A DNA stretch of 64,000 bases, taken from assembly GCA_963814275.1 (NCBI GenBank), contig CAWFCE010000002.1, positions 939,263 to 1,003,262 on the forward strand, in the 5' to 3' direction. The notes beneath the pieces are model-generated. The model saw only the letters and a program-made list of their open reading frames with translations, searched no databases and had not been told where the DNA came from. The DNA is from Candidatus Parcubacteria bacterium. Its GTDB lineage: Bacteria; Patescibacteriota; Patescibacteriia; Patescibacteriales; UBA12075. The position numbers and the translations under genes are program-made. Positions 35,708 to 44,101 of this stretch are shown one piece after another; the stretch's first letter is position 1, and each line of letters begins with the position of its first letter.

Positions 35708-37018
35708 ATGCGCAAATCGCGACTCATATTGCAATCGTTACTGGCCACCGGCGTAGCGATTTTTTTTGTCTGGGGTATGGTCAATGCCACCACGATCGGT
35801 ACTAACATCTCGACCGGCGGCAGCCTGACCGTCACAGGTACGACTACACTGGATGGCGGAACTTTTTTCCTTGACGCCACCAATAATCGAGTGGGTGTTG
35901 GCACCACTACACCGGACACGCTTTTGGATGTGGATGGCACAGGGACTTTTAACGAGCTCTGCTTCGGTTCATCATGTATTGCCAATTGGGGCAGTGCCGG
36001 TTCGCTTGACGGTTCGGGTGCCGCCGGTCAGTTGGCGGTCTGGACCGATGCCGATACCTTGACAGCTTCCGCTACTTTGCAGATCGCTTACGGCGGGACC
36101 GGAGTTTCATCTGCTCCAGCCTATGGGCAAGTGCTGGTGGGAGCGTCTGACGGCACCTGGACTTATTTGGCTACTTCATCTCTTGGCATCAATAGCAGCG
36201 ATTCGGGAACGGTAAATTCCGGCTCGTCCGGCCAAGTTGCCTATTATCAGACTGGCGGTACCACCCTGTCCGCGACTTCATCCTTGTATATCGATGTGTT
36301 GGGCAAAGTCGGTATCGGCACCAGTACACCGACGGCAGAATTGAATGTTTACGGTAACATTGTGATTTCTCCCGCTTCGGGTTATTTGAATTTCGGTTAT
36401 GTTAACGGTACGAACGGATATGGTTTGCGCGACAATAGCGGGACATTGCAGTATAAGAACAGCGGCGGCGCCTGGGAGAATATCGGCGGCGGCGGCGCGA
36501 ATGTCGGCGGCGGCGCGGCCGGTGAAGTGGCGTATTACCAGACTGCCGGATCTGCATTGGCTGCGACCTCATCCCTTTTTATAGATGATAACGGCAAGGT
36601 CGGCATTGGCACCCTGACACCGGAAAAGAAACTGCATGTAGTAGGGGAGACCAAATTGGAAGGGGACGTGACCCTCGAGAGCGGCAACAAGATCACCAAT
36701 AGCGCTTCCGGTACGATCGCCATTGATGCGCCATCGATCGCGGTGACCCCGCTAGTGGCCCATGTGTCAGCCGCCAATACATATGTCGCGGATCTGAATA
36801 TTTCCGAGTACGCCACCGGGACCCTGTTCATGGTGACTTTCGATACCATGAATACCGGCGATTCTACCCTGAATATCAACGGGTTGGGGGCAGTGCAGTT
36901 GCGGGACACGACAAATGCGTCCTTAAGCAGCGGCAATATCCGGGACAATTCCACGCATCTCTTGCTCTACGATCCGAACCGCACCGGCATGGGCGCGTTT
37001 GTCGTGTTAAGCTTATAA
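35708..37018 (+). CDS. Secreted fibre-like protein with repeated 'VGIGT-x-TP-x(3)-L-x-V-x-G' motif (tail-fibre-like)
   Basis: 436 aa with an N-terminal signal/anchor. Three copies of the motif (NRVGVGTTTPDTLLDVDGTG, GKVGIGTSTPTAELNVYGN, GKVGIGTLTPEKKLHVVGET). Repeated GQ[LV]A[VY][WY] segments. Gly/Ser/Thr-rich. Confidence 0.7.
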   Translation: MRKSRLILQSLLATGVAIFFVWGMVNATTIGTNISTGGSLTVTGTTTLDGGTFFLDATNNRVGVGTTTPDTLLDVDGTGTFNELCFGSSCIANWGSAGSLDGSGAAGQLAVWTDADTLTASATLQIAYGGTGVSSAPAYGQVLVGASDGTWTYLATSSLGINSSDSGTVNSGSSGQVAYYQTGGTTLSATSSLYIDVLGKVGIGTSTPTAELNVYGNIVISPASGYLNFGYVNGTNGYGLRDNSGTLQYKNSGGAWENIGGGGANVGGGAAGEVAYYQTAGSALAATSSLFIDDNGKVGIGTLTPEKKLHVVGETKLEGDVTLESGNKITNSASGTIAIDAPSIAVTPLVAHVSAANTYVADLNISEYATGTLFMVTFDTMNTGDSTLNINGLGAVQLRDTTNASLSSGNIRDNSTHLLLYDPNRTGMGAFVVLSL

Positions 37019-37030
37019 TACATAATTTCC

Positions 37031-38920
37031 ATGATTTTGAGCTCTAAAAAAATAATCTATATTTTACTGGCGGTATTTCTGTCTTTTCCCTCCGTAAGCT
37101 TCGCGGCCAGCGATGATTTTACGGCTGACGGTGATATTACCGTATCCGGCATCAGTTTCAATTCCACTGTCGTGGATATGACGATCGGCAGCGGTTCCCA
37201 GGCGGAAAGCTGGACGATCAACAGCGGGGTCTTTACCGTGACCAATCCCGGGTCATTTCAGGTCAGCTGTTCGAGCAGTTCGGTCAAATCTTTAGTGGTC
37301 AGCCAAGGCGGCTCGAATATCGATTGCGAGCTCAATACCGTGCCCGGCACCAGTTCCACTACCCTGCCCACTGCCAGCGGTACCTATACCGTTACCCCGT
37401 CAACCGCCACCGTTTGCGCCGCGCTTTGTGATGTCATTAGCGGCGCTTCCGCCTACAACGCATTCCCCACCTGCGGCGCTTCCGCCTGCTCTGCCGACTA
37501 TACGCTGAGCGGCAGCGGATCGGGCGCGGGCTGTTGCGCCATCCTGAGCCACACCGCCGCTTACCACGCTTACCCGACCTGCGGGGCGGCCAGCTGTGAT
37601 AGCGGCTACGTCGTTTCCGGTTCTGGGGCCAACGCCATCTGCGTTGCCGCCTCGAGCGGTGGCGGAGGGGGAGGAGGCAGTCCTTATTCATCGACACCAT
37701 CGCAACCAAGCAATGCGGAAATAACCCAAACCAGCCTGACCACCACCGACGGGACAGTCATAAATACGGAGACAACGATCACCAAAGCGAATGGCATCCC
37801 GGTCGTAAGCGAGCTGACAGCCGATATTACGCCGAATACGGAAATGTCCGATACAAAAATATTGAGCCTGGACACCTCAAAAACCTCCGCTATCGCCAAG
37901 GTCGACGTGTCACTGCCGGCCGTAGTTTTGCAGGATATCGCGCGCCAGCATACCGGTGAAATAATCAAAGTTTCCGTAATCTCCCGAGAAGCCTCGAACG
38001 GACAAAAGACCAACACGGCCAGGAGCGGAAAATTCCTGATCGGTTTCGACGTATTTGATATCGGTATTACGGCAGCCGGCGATAATATTGAAACTTTATC
38101 GTCCCCGATAACCCTGACCTTTGAGATCAAGGGGTTGAATTACGGCGAGGATGTCAAGGTCTATTATTTTGACGATCGCACCGGGACCTGGGAGATCGCC
38201 GGGAATGGCGGCTCGATCAGCGACGGCAAGATCACGGTAGCCGTCGACCACTTGACCATATTCGGCCTGCTTTTCTCTATTGCCACGGTTTCGGCCAAAG
38301 AAGAAACCGATCCGCGCGTACTTCAAATGCACCGGATATACGATGAAGCCAATATTGTATATCGGAGCGGCACCAGCCTGAATGATATAGTCGTCCACAA
38401 CAAAACAGCGGTAAATTCGCCGCTGCAAGCCCAGTATATGGAGAAATATACCGCGCCGATAATCAAAGAGGCAGCCGGATTGGCCACTGCCCAAATTTAC
38501 GCGATCAACAATTTCATTGTATACGGGACGGAGTCCACCAGGATACTGGGGGCCGGTGAACGCGCCGGGGTGGTCAATTCATACAAAAAAGCGTTTGGCA
38601 AGGTACCGCGGAGTGAAGAAGAGTGGAAGGACGTGATCGCTATCGGCAATGGCCGCTGGCCGGGCGAAACCAGCCAAGCGGCGGAAAACAAGGCCAAAGA
38701 AGAGTTCAAAAAGATCTATCTGCGCGACGCCGGCATGGGACAGCCGAACGACAACGCCGCGGTCACGGTCATGGCCTACGGCCTCCGGCCGGCCAACCGC
38801 AATATGGCTAGCGAAGCGGCCGCTATCAGGATATTTAAGGGAATTTTCAAATATAATCCGGTTTCGGCACTCGACTGGGATGCTGTCAGGGCGATCGCAT
38901 ATTCGGGGGCGATCAGATAA
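37031..38920 (+). CDS. Secreted protein with duplicated Cys motif, Gly linker and a conserved helical C-terminal domain (hypothetical)
   Basis: 629 aa with signal peptide ...SFPSVSFAAS. Duplicated AYNAFPTCGASACSADYTLSGSGSGAGC / AYHAYPTCGAASCDSGYVVSGSGANAIC. GGGGGGG linker. C-terminus ...GAGERAGVVNSYKKAFGKVPRSEEEWKDVIAIGNGRWP.... Confidence 0.7.
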   Translation: MILSSKKIIYILLAVFLSFPSVSFAASDDFTADGDITVSGISFNSTVVDMTIGSGSQAESWTINSGVFTVTNPGSFQVSCSSSSVKSLVVSQGGSNIDCELNTVPGTSSTTLPTASGTYTVTPSTATVCAALCDVISGASAYNAFPTCGASACSADYTLSGSGSGAGCCAILSHTAAYHAYPTCGAASCDSGYVVSGSGANAICVAASSGGGGGGGSPYSSTPSQPSNAEITQTSLTTTDGTVINTETTITKANGIPVVSELTADITPNTEMSDTKILSLDTSKTSAIAKVDVSLPAVVLQDIARQHTGEIIKVSVISREASNGQKTNTARSGKFLIGFDVFDIGITAAGDNIETLSSPITLTFEIKGLNYGEDVKVYYFDDRTGTWEIAGNGGSISDGKITVAVDHLTIFGLLFSIATVSAKEETDPRVLQMHRIYDEANIVYRSGTSLNDIVVHNKTAVNSPLQAQYMEKYTAPIIKEAAGLATAQIYAINNFIVYGTESTRILGAGERAGVVNSYKKAFGKVPRSEEEWKDVIAIGNGRWPGETSQAAENKAKEEFKKIYLRDAGMGQPNDNAAVTVMAYGLRPANRNMASEAAAIRIFKGIFKYNPVSALDWDAVRAIAYSGAIR

Positions 38921-38941
38921 AATAAATATATTGGAATATCC

Positions 38942-38978
38942 ACGTAGGGGCAATTCACGGATTACCCCTACGTTTTTT
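38942..38978 (+). terminator. Terminator built from a CGTAGGGGC-family hairpin
   Basis: ACGTAGGGGCAAT / ATTACCCCTACGT (one mismatch) followed by TTTTTT. Confidence 0.8.
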
Positions 38979-39075
38979 AAATTTTAACCCAACTTAAGGG
39001 ATAAAAAAACATTAAAGAATTTTAATATTCATTTCAGGATTTTTTAATTACCCTTTGTTATATTGAAGATAATGA

Positions 39076-39345
39076 AAGTAATGCTTCGCTCTTTGGACTA
39101 CTTATATTGAGTAAAGATAAAGCACTAATAGAATTATAGTCTGTATTGATTACACTTCGCCTAATCAGTACAGCCCGCTAATTAGATTAGATAGCGAGCA
39201 CTAGCGATGTCAGGGGGAAGTACTCGTATCAAGTGTGATCTTTCCTTATAAGTCAAGGCATCGAGCGAAGCTTACTTTTCGCCAAATACAAACGATTCAC
39301 ATAATTTAAGCGATTAACCCCGCCCGGCAACGGACGGACTTTTTG
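39076..39345 (+). ncRNA. Candidate structured RNA of unknown class
   Basis: No ORF. A 15-bp closing helix AAGTAA(T)GCTTCGCTC (39076-39091) / GAGCGAAGCTTACTT (39263-39277) encloses about 170 nt. Inside is a 12-bp hairpin CTGTATTGATTA / TAATCAGTACAG (39140-39172) plus other stems. It ends with the CCGCCCG-GCAA-CGGACGG hairpin and CTTTTTG (about 39320-39345). Confidence 0.35.
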
Positions 39346-39585
39346 TTTAGACAACTGGAATAAATTTGTTAATTTTTACGGATTGATCCGATCTCATTAC
39401 CACAAACTTTCATAAAATAATCAATAATTACTGTTTAACTAAAACTTTGCTTGTCTATTTACCGGCTAGCTGGTTGTCCCTTGGATGTCTCGTTGCTAAG
39501 CCAACAAAGATTTTACTTTTGACATTATGCTAAAAATGTATTATCATAAATAAGTAATTGCCAATATTAGTATAATTTTATAAAT

Positions 39586-41085
39586 ATGGATATTCCGGGT
39601 TATGTAAAGGATACGCTCAAACGGCTGGAAGAAGCCGATTTTGAAGCTTTTATCGTGGGCGGCTGCGTGCGGGATTTGCTAATGGCAAGAGAGCCGAAAG
39701 ATTGGGATATCACGACCAATGCGCGTCCGAAGCAGGTGATGGAGTTGTTTGCTGACAGTAAATATGAGAATGATTTCGGTACAGTATTGGTAAAAATCAA
39801 GAATGGCGAAGGCAAGACGGAAAATGTGGTTGAGGTGACTACCTATAGGAGCGAACATGGCTATGCCGATCACCGCCATCCGGATCAGGTAAAATTTGAA
39901 GATAAGCTGGATAAAGATCTTGAACGGAGGGATTTTACGGTCAATGCAATGGCCGTGGGCTTAAATTCTAAATCCGAAATCCGAAATTCTAAACAAATCC
40001 CAATACCCAAACTCCAAATCCCAAACGATTGGGCTTTGGTTGATTTGTTCGGCGGGGTGAAAGACCTGGAAAAAAAGATAATCCGGGCGGTGGGTGAACC
40101 GGCGGACCGGTTTAAGGAGGATGGGCTAAGGATGATGCGGGCGATCCGCTTCGCCTCCGAATTGGGCTTTGCCATCGAGCCCAAGACCGAGCGGGCGATC
40201 GTTAAGCTGGCCGGATCGATCAAATTCATTGCCAAAGAGCGGGTCAAGGACGAATTGGTCAAGATCCTGGCGTCTAAGCGCCCTTATGAAGGGATCGTCA
40301 AATTGAAAGATACCAAGTTGTTGAATTATATCCTGCCGGAACTGATGGTCGGCGAGGGGATGGAGCAGAACCGCCATCACATCTATACGATCATGACCCA
40401 TTCCCTGTTGTCCCTTAAATTCTGCCCCAACCCGGATTGGCGGGTGCGGCTGGCCGCCTTGCTCCATGACATCGGCAAACCCAAGACCAAGAAATTCATC
40501 GACGGTACGGCTACTTTTTATAATCATGAGTATGTGGGCGAACGGCTGACCAGGAAAATAATGTCCCGGCTCAAATTCTCGAACGAGGATACGGACAAGG
40601 TGGCTAACCTGGTCAGGAACCATATGTTCTACTACAATGTCGACGAAGTGACCGCCGCTTCGGTGAGGCGCCTCATCAATAAGGTCGGCCGGGAGAATCT
40701 AAAGGACTTGATCGATATGCGGATCGCCGACCGGCTGGGCTCGGGTACGCCCAAAGCCAAGCCGTATAAACTGCGGCATTTGGAATATATGTTCGAACGA
40801 GTCCAGAACGACCCGGTATCGGTCAAGATGCTCAAGATCAACGGCGATTATATGATCGCGGAAATGGGCTTCCAACCCGGCCCGAAAATGGGCGCGATCC
40901 TGGATGTGCTTTTGTCCGAAGTGCTCGATGACCCGGCCTTGAACAATCCGGATCATCTGGCTAAACGAGCCAGAGAACTGGATAAGGACGATCTGGCCAG
41001 TTTGCGCGAACAGGCTAAGGAGAAGATCGAGGAAAAGCGGAATAAAGATGATAAGAGGATGAAAGAGGGGTATTATGTGAAGTAG
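39586..41085 (+). CDS. cca: CCA-adding enzyme (tRNA nucleotidyltransferase, HD-domain class II) with an in-frame low-complexity insertion
   Basis: 499 aa. FIVGGCVRDLLM..KDWDITT, RRDFTVNAMA, the HD region LLHDIGKP and NHMFYYN. An insertion LNSKSEIRNSKQIPIPKLQIPN sits between RRDFTVNAMA and DLFGG. Confidence 0.9.
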   Translation: MDIPGYVKDTLKRLEEADFEAFIVGGCVRDLLMAREPKDWDITTNARPKQVMELFADSKYENDFGTVLVKIKNGEGKTENVVEVTTYRSEHGYADHRHPDQVKFEDKLDKDLERRDFTVNAMAVGLNSKSEIRNSKQIPIPKLQIPNDWALVDLFGGVKDLEKKIIRAVGEPADRFKEDGLRMMRAIRFASELGFAIEPKTERAIVKLAGSIKFIAKERVKDELVKILASKRPYEGIVKLKDTKLLNYILPELMVGEGMEQNRHHIYTIMTHSLLSLKFCPNPDWRVRLAALLHDIGKPKTKKFIDGTATFYNHEYVGERLTRKIMSRLKFSNEDTDKVANLVRNHMFYYNVDEVTAASVRRLINKVGRENLKDLIDMRIADRLGSGTPKAKPYKLRHLEYMFERVQNDPVSVKMLKINGDYMIAEMGFQPGPKMGAILDVLLSEVLDDPALNNPDHLAKRARELDKDDLASLREQAKEKIEEKRNKDDKRMKEGYYVK

Positions 41086-41201
41086 GGTGGTAGGGTTGTA
41101 GGCGGGTAGGGTTGTAGGTGGGTAGGGTTGTAGGCGGGTAGGGTTGTAGGGTTGTAGGTGGGTAGGGTTGTAGGCGGGTAGGGCGGTAGGTTTGTAGGGG
41201 A
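41084..41201. repeat. G-rich tandem repeat (GGTAGGGTTGTAGG[C/T]G)n, reverse-complement family of 4895-5038
   Basis: 16-nt units at 41089, 41105, 41121, 41137 (with an extra GTTGTAGG) and 41161, then GGTAGGGCGGTAGGTTTGTAGGGG. It starts at the cca stop codon. Confidence 0.95.
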
Positions 41202-41224
41202 GTTTATTAATTATTTTAAATATT

Positions 41225-42217
41225 ATGGATAAAGCGAAGGTTTATTTTGTTAAATTGGATGATATCGGGAGGCTTAAAGAACTATTGCCGCAGTTCAAGG
41301 GAAAATTGGGGATGAAGGTGCATTTCGGCGAAAAAGGGGCCAATATGCGCGTGCCGGCGGAATATTTCCGGGAGATCGCATCACTGGCGGATTTCCCGAC
41401 TCTGGTCGAAACCAGCGTACTCTACCGCAGTGAACGGTCGCAGGCGCAAAGCCATAAGCAACTGGCCCGGCGGCACGGTTTTGATTTCGCGCCGATAGAT
41501 ATTATTGATGGCGAAACCGGGGACGATTATGACACGGTGGCGGCGGAGAAAGACGGGCATTTTAAGGAATATTATCTGGGTAAGAATCTGGCCAATTACG
41601 ATTCGCTCCTGGTGGTATCGCACTTCAAGGGCCATATCGCCGCCGGATTCGGCGGAGCGATCAAGAATTTGAGCATGGGCCTGGCCGCCCGCCGCGGCAA
41701 GCTCGCCATGCACGCGAGCGTCAAGCATAGTGTCAATCCGGAAAAATGCATCGCCTGCGGCATCTGCATCGCCAATTGCCCGGTGAACGCGATCGCTTAT
41801 GGCGCGGATGGCAAAGCCTTGATCGACCAGAATATTTGCATCGGCTGTTCCAAGTGCATCGCCCTTTGCCCGGAAATGGCTATCGGTATTCCCTTCGGCA
41901 CGACCGATAAGCCGGTATTTAACGAACGGTTGGCTGAATACGCCCTGGCCGCGATCGGCCAAAGGCAAGGGTATTACATCAATATTCTTATGAATATTTC
42001 TCCTTATTGCGACTGTTTTATCCAGCATCAGGAGAAACTTACGCCGGATATCGGCATTCTGGCTTCAGCCGACCCGGTGGCGGTCGACCAGGCTTCGTAT
42101 GACCTGGTTGCCGGCCAGTGCGATCATTTCAAGAACGAAAAAGACGGGCAGATACAGATGGAATATGGGGAAAAGATCGGGTTGGGGAGCAGGGAGTATG
42201 AGATGCTTGGATTGTAA
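41225..42217 (+). CDS. DUF362 domain protein with a 2x[4Fe-4S] ferredoxin insert
   Basis: 330 aa. N-terminus AKVYFVKLDD...MKVHFGEKG, and CIACGICIANCP / CIGCSKCIALCP. Confidence 0.75.
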   Translation: MDKAKVYFVKLDDIGRLKELLPQFKGKLGMKVHFGEKGANMRVPAEYFREIASLADFPTLVETSVLYRSERSQAQSHKQLARRHGFDFAPIDIIDGETGDDYDTVAAEKDGHFKEYYLGKNLANYDSLLVVSHFKGHIAAGFGGAIKNLSMGLAARRGKLAMHASVKHSVNPEKCIACGICIANCPVNAIAYGADGKALIDQNICIGCSKCIALCPEMAIGIPFGTTDKPVFNERLAEYALAAIGQRQGYYINILMNISPYCDCFIQHQEKLTPDIGILASADPVAVDQASYDLVAGQCDHFKNEKDGQIQMEYGEKIGLGSREYEMLGL

Positions 42218-42225
42218 ATCGTGCT

Positions 42226-42365
42226 GAATTAAATTTTTAATTTTTAATTTTGTAATTTTATAAATAAACGATAAAGCTAAATTTTTAAACATTAAAAATT
42301 TAAGCATTATTTAAAAATTCAAAAATTTAAAAATTACAAAATTAAACTTATCGTGTTTATTATTA
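42226..42365. repeat. AT-rich 'AATTTTTAATTTTGTAA' inverted word repeat
   Basis: TTAATTTTGTAATTTT (about 42252) vs AAAATTACAAAATTAA (about 42330). AAATAAACGATAA vs TTATCGTGTTTATT. Confidence 0.75.
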
Positions 42366-42392
42366 CATATCAAATTTTCAATAATTGATTGT

Positions 42393-42877
42393 TATGATCT
42401 TCCCCTACACCGCCGTCATCTGTTATATCTTCAACGCCCAGGGTCGAGGTATTGCTCCAGAAGAAGGCGCGGGGTTTTGGGAAAGGCAAATGGAACGGGC
42501 CGGGCGGTAAAGTGAAGCCTGGGGAAACTCCGGCCGAGGCGGCAATTCGTGAGATCAAGGAAGAGACCGGAGTGGCCGTCAAGCGGTTGAAACCAGCCGG
42601 AGTGATCGAATTTATATTCAATGAAACGCCGGAATCGAATAATCTGGTATATGTATTTGTGGCTGAAAAATGGGAAGGCTTACCGGAGGACAGGGGAGAG
42701 GGGAAACTCAGCTGGTACGATCCCGCCGCTATCCCCCTGGACAAGATGTGGGATGACGACCGCTATTGGCTTCCCGGGGTCTTGAATGGCGGCACGGTAT
42801 CCGCACGGTTCTATTTCGATGCGGAGGGAATTGTCGTAAAACAGGAGAAATTGGCAACTGTTGAAAAAAATATCTGA
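42393..42877 (+). pseudogene. MTH1-like Nudix hydrolase (8-oxo-dGTPase type) with an apparent 1-nt frameshift near codon 19
   Basis: The frame from ATG 42393 gives MIFPYTAVICYIFNAQGR. The next frame continues VLLQKKARGFGKGKWNGPGGKVKPGETPAEAAIREIKEETG (Nudix box) ... MWDDDRYWLP. The join YTAVICYIFNAQGR|VLLQKKARGFG mirrors human MTH1 [22 protein letters not shown]. One extra base lies around 42446-42449. Confidence 0.7.
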
Positions 42878-42965
42878 TTTCGCTATAATAAAATAGCGTA
42901 CGCACGTAAATTGTGCGTATTGTTGCTTATTAGCCAAAAACACCATAAATAATAAGTAAAATCTT

Positions 42966-43751
42966 ATGAAAAAGTATCTAAAATCAGTTATTTTAATATT
43001 AATCGTAATAAGCGTGGCGGGCTGCAGTGATTTGGGCAGTATGGAACTGAACGAACAGAACGCGCCGGTCGACCCCTACAAGGCCGATGACCTGAGCGCT
43101 CTCCAGCGGATCAATGACATTAAGAACGGCGCCAAGCCGGTAGTCAAACCGACCGGCGATACCAGCCAAAGCCCGGCCGCCCCCGCGCAACCGCCTATGC
43201 CCAAGACTACTCCGCCGGCCAAGCCGGCCGCTCCGGCCATGCCGCAATTGGATGATCTCAAAGACGAGTACAGCCACGCAATCATCAAGACCAGTATGGG
43301 GGATATCACGGTCGAGCTCTACGGCGAGGATTCGCCGCTGACCGTCAATAATTTCCTTAACCTGGCCCGGGACGGCTTCTATGACGGAGTCAGGTTCCAC
43401 CGAGTCATCAAGGATTTCATGATCCAGAGCGGCGATCCTTTGAGCAAGGATATCGGCGCTAAGGACCGCTGGGGTACCGGCGGGCCGGGTTATAAATTCA
43501 AGGACGAGATCAATGACCACCCGCTCCAGAAAGGCTCGCTGGCCATGGCTAATGCCGGGCCGGATACGAATGGCTCGCAGTTCTTCATCGTCACCGCCGC
43601 ATTCACCCCCTGGCTGGACGGCAAGCACACCAATTTCGGCTTCGTCACTGAAGGACTGGATGTAGTGGAAGCGATCGAGGCGGTAGAGACAGACCCGCGC
43701 GACCGGCCGGCCAAGGATGTGATCATCAATTCGATTGAATTGCTTAAATAG
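42966..43751 (+). CDS. Cyclophilin-type peptidyl-prolyl isomerase, lipoprotein
   Basis: 261 aa. Lipobox VISVAGC, a Pro/Ala linker, and cyclophilin core [15 protein letters not shown] ... [19 protein letters not shown]. Confidence 0.9.
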   Translation: MKKYLKSVILILIVISVAGCSDLGSMELNEQNAPVDPYKADDLSALQRINDIKNGAKPVVKPTGDTSQSPAAPAQPPMPKTTPPAKPAAPAMPQLDDLKDEYSHAIIKTSMGDITVELYGEDSPLTVNNFLNLARDGFYDGVRFHRVIKDFMIQSGDPLSKDIGAKDRWGTGGPGYKFKDEINDHPLQKGSLAMANAGPDTNGSQFFIVTAAFTPWLDGKHTNFGFVTEGLDVVEAIEAVETDPRDRPAKDVIINSIELLK

Positions 43752-43831
43752 ATAGCAGATAGCAGATAACAGATAACAGACGATATATACCGGGTTAATT
43801 GTTAAGTGTCAATTGTTAACTGTTATTTCCC

Positions 43832-43905
43832 GGGCCTGTAGCTCAGCTGGCTAGAGCACTACATTCGCATTGTAGGGGTCAGGGGTTCGAATCCCCTCAG
43901 GTCCA
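43832..43905 (+). tRNA. tRNA-Ala (anticodon CGC)
   Basis: Manual cloverleaf: acceptor GGGCCTG/CAGGTCC with the G3:U70 Ala identity pair. D arm GCTC-AGCTGGCTA-GAGC. Anticodon arm CTACA-TTCGCAT-TGTAG. T arm AGGGG-TTCGAAT-CCCCT. Discriminator A. No encoded CCA. Confidence 0.95.
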
Positions 43906-44101
43906 CAAATATTTTACAAATCAACTGAATCGGCAATAATGGGTTCGCCAGATCATTCGATCTGGCGCCCGGTCGGATGACCGGGCGAATCCCCTCAGGT
44001 CCACAAATATTTTACAAATCAACTGAATCGGCAATAATGGGTTCGCCAGATCATTCGATCTGGCGCCCGGTCGGATGACCGGGCGAATCCCCTCAGGTCC
44101 A
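43906..44101 (+). repeat. Two perfect 98-bp tandem repeats, each ending in an 18-nt copy of the tRNA-Ala 3' end (tRNA-linked repeats)
   Basis: 43906-44003 and 44004-44101 are identical base for base. Each ends GAATCCCCTCAGGTCCAC, as at 43889-43906. Each contains GGGTTCG + CCAGATC-ATTC-GATCTGG-CG + CCCGGTC-GGAT-GACCGGG-CG + AATCCCCTCAGGTCCA. Confidence 0.95.

Noticed and set aside
35708-38920. Diversity-generating retroelement target (template/variable repeat pair) in the fibre-like genes
   Set aside because: There is no reverse transcriptase gene in the window. I saw no about 100-bp near-identical repeat pair differing at adenines.
43906-44101. Possible CRISPR array (also considered for 53626-53742 and 4895-5038)
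   Set aside because: All three are pure tandem repeats with no unique spacers between repeat copies. No cas genes are in the window.
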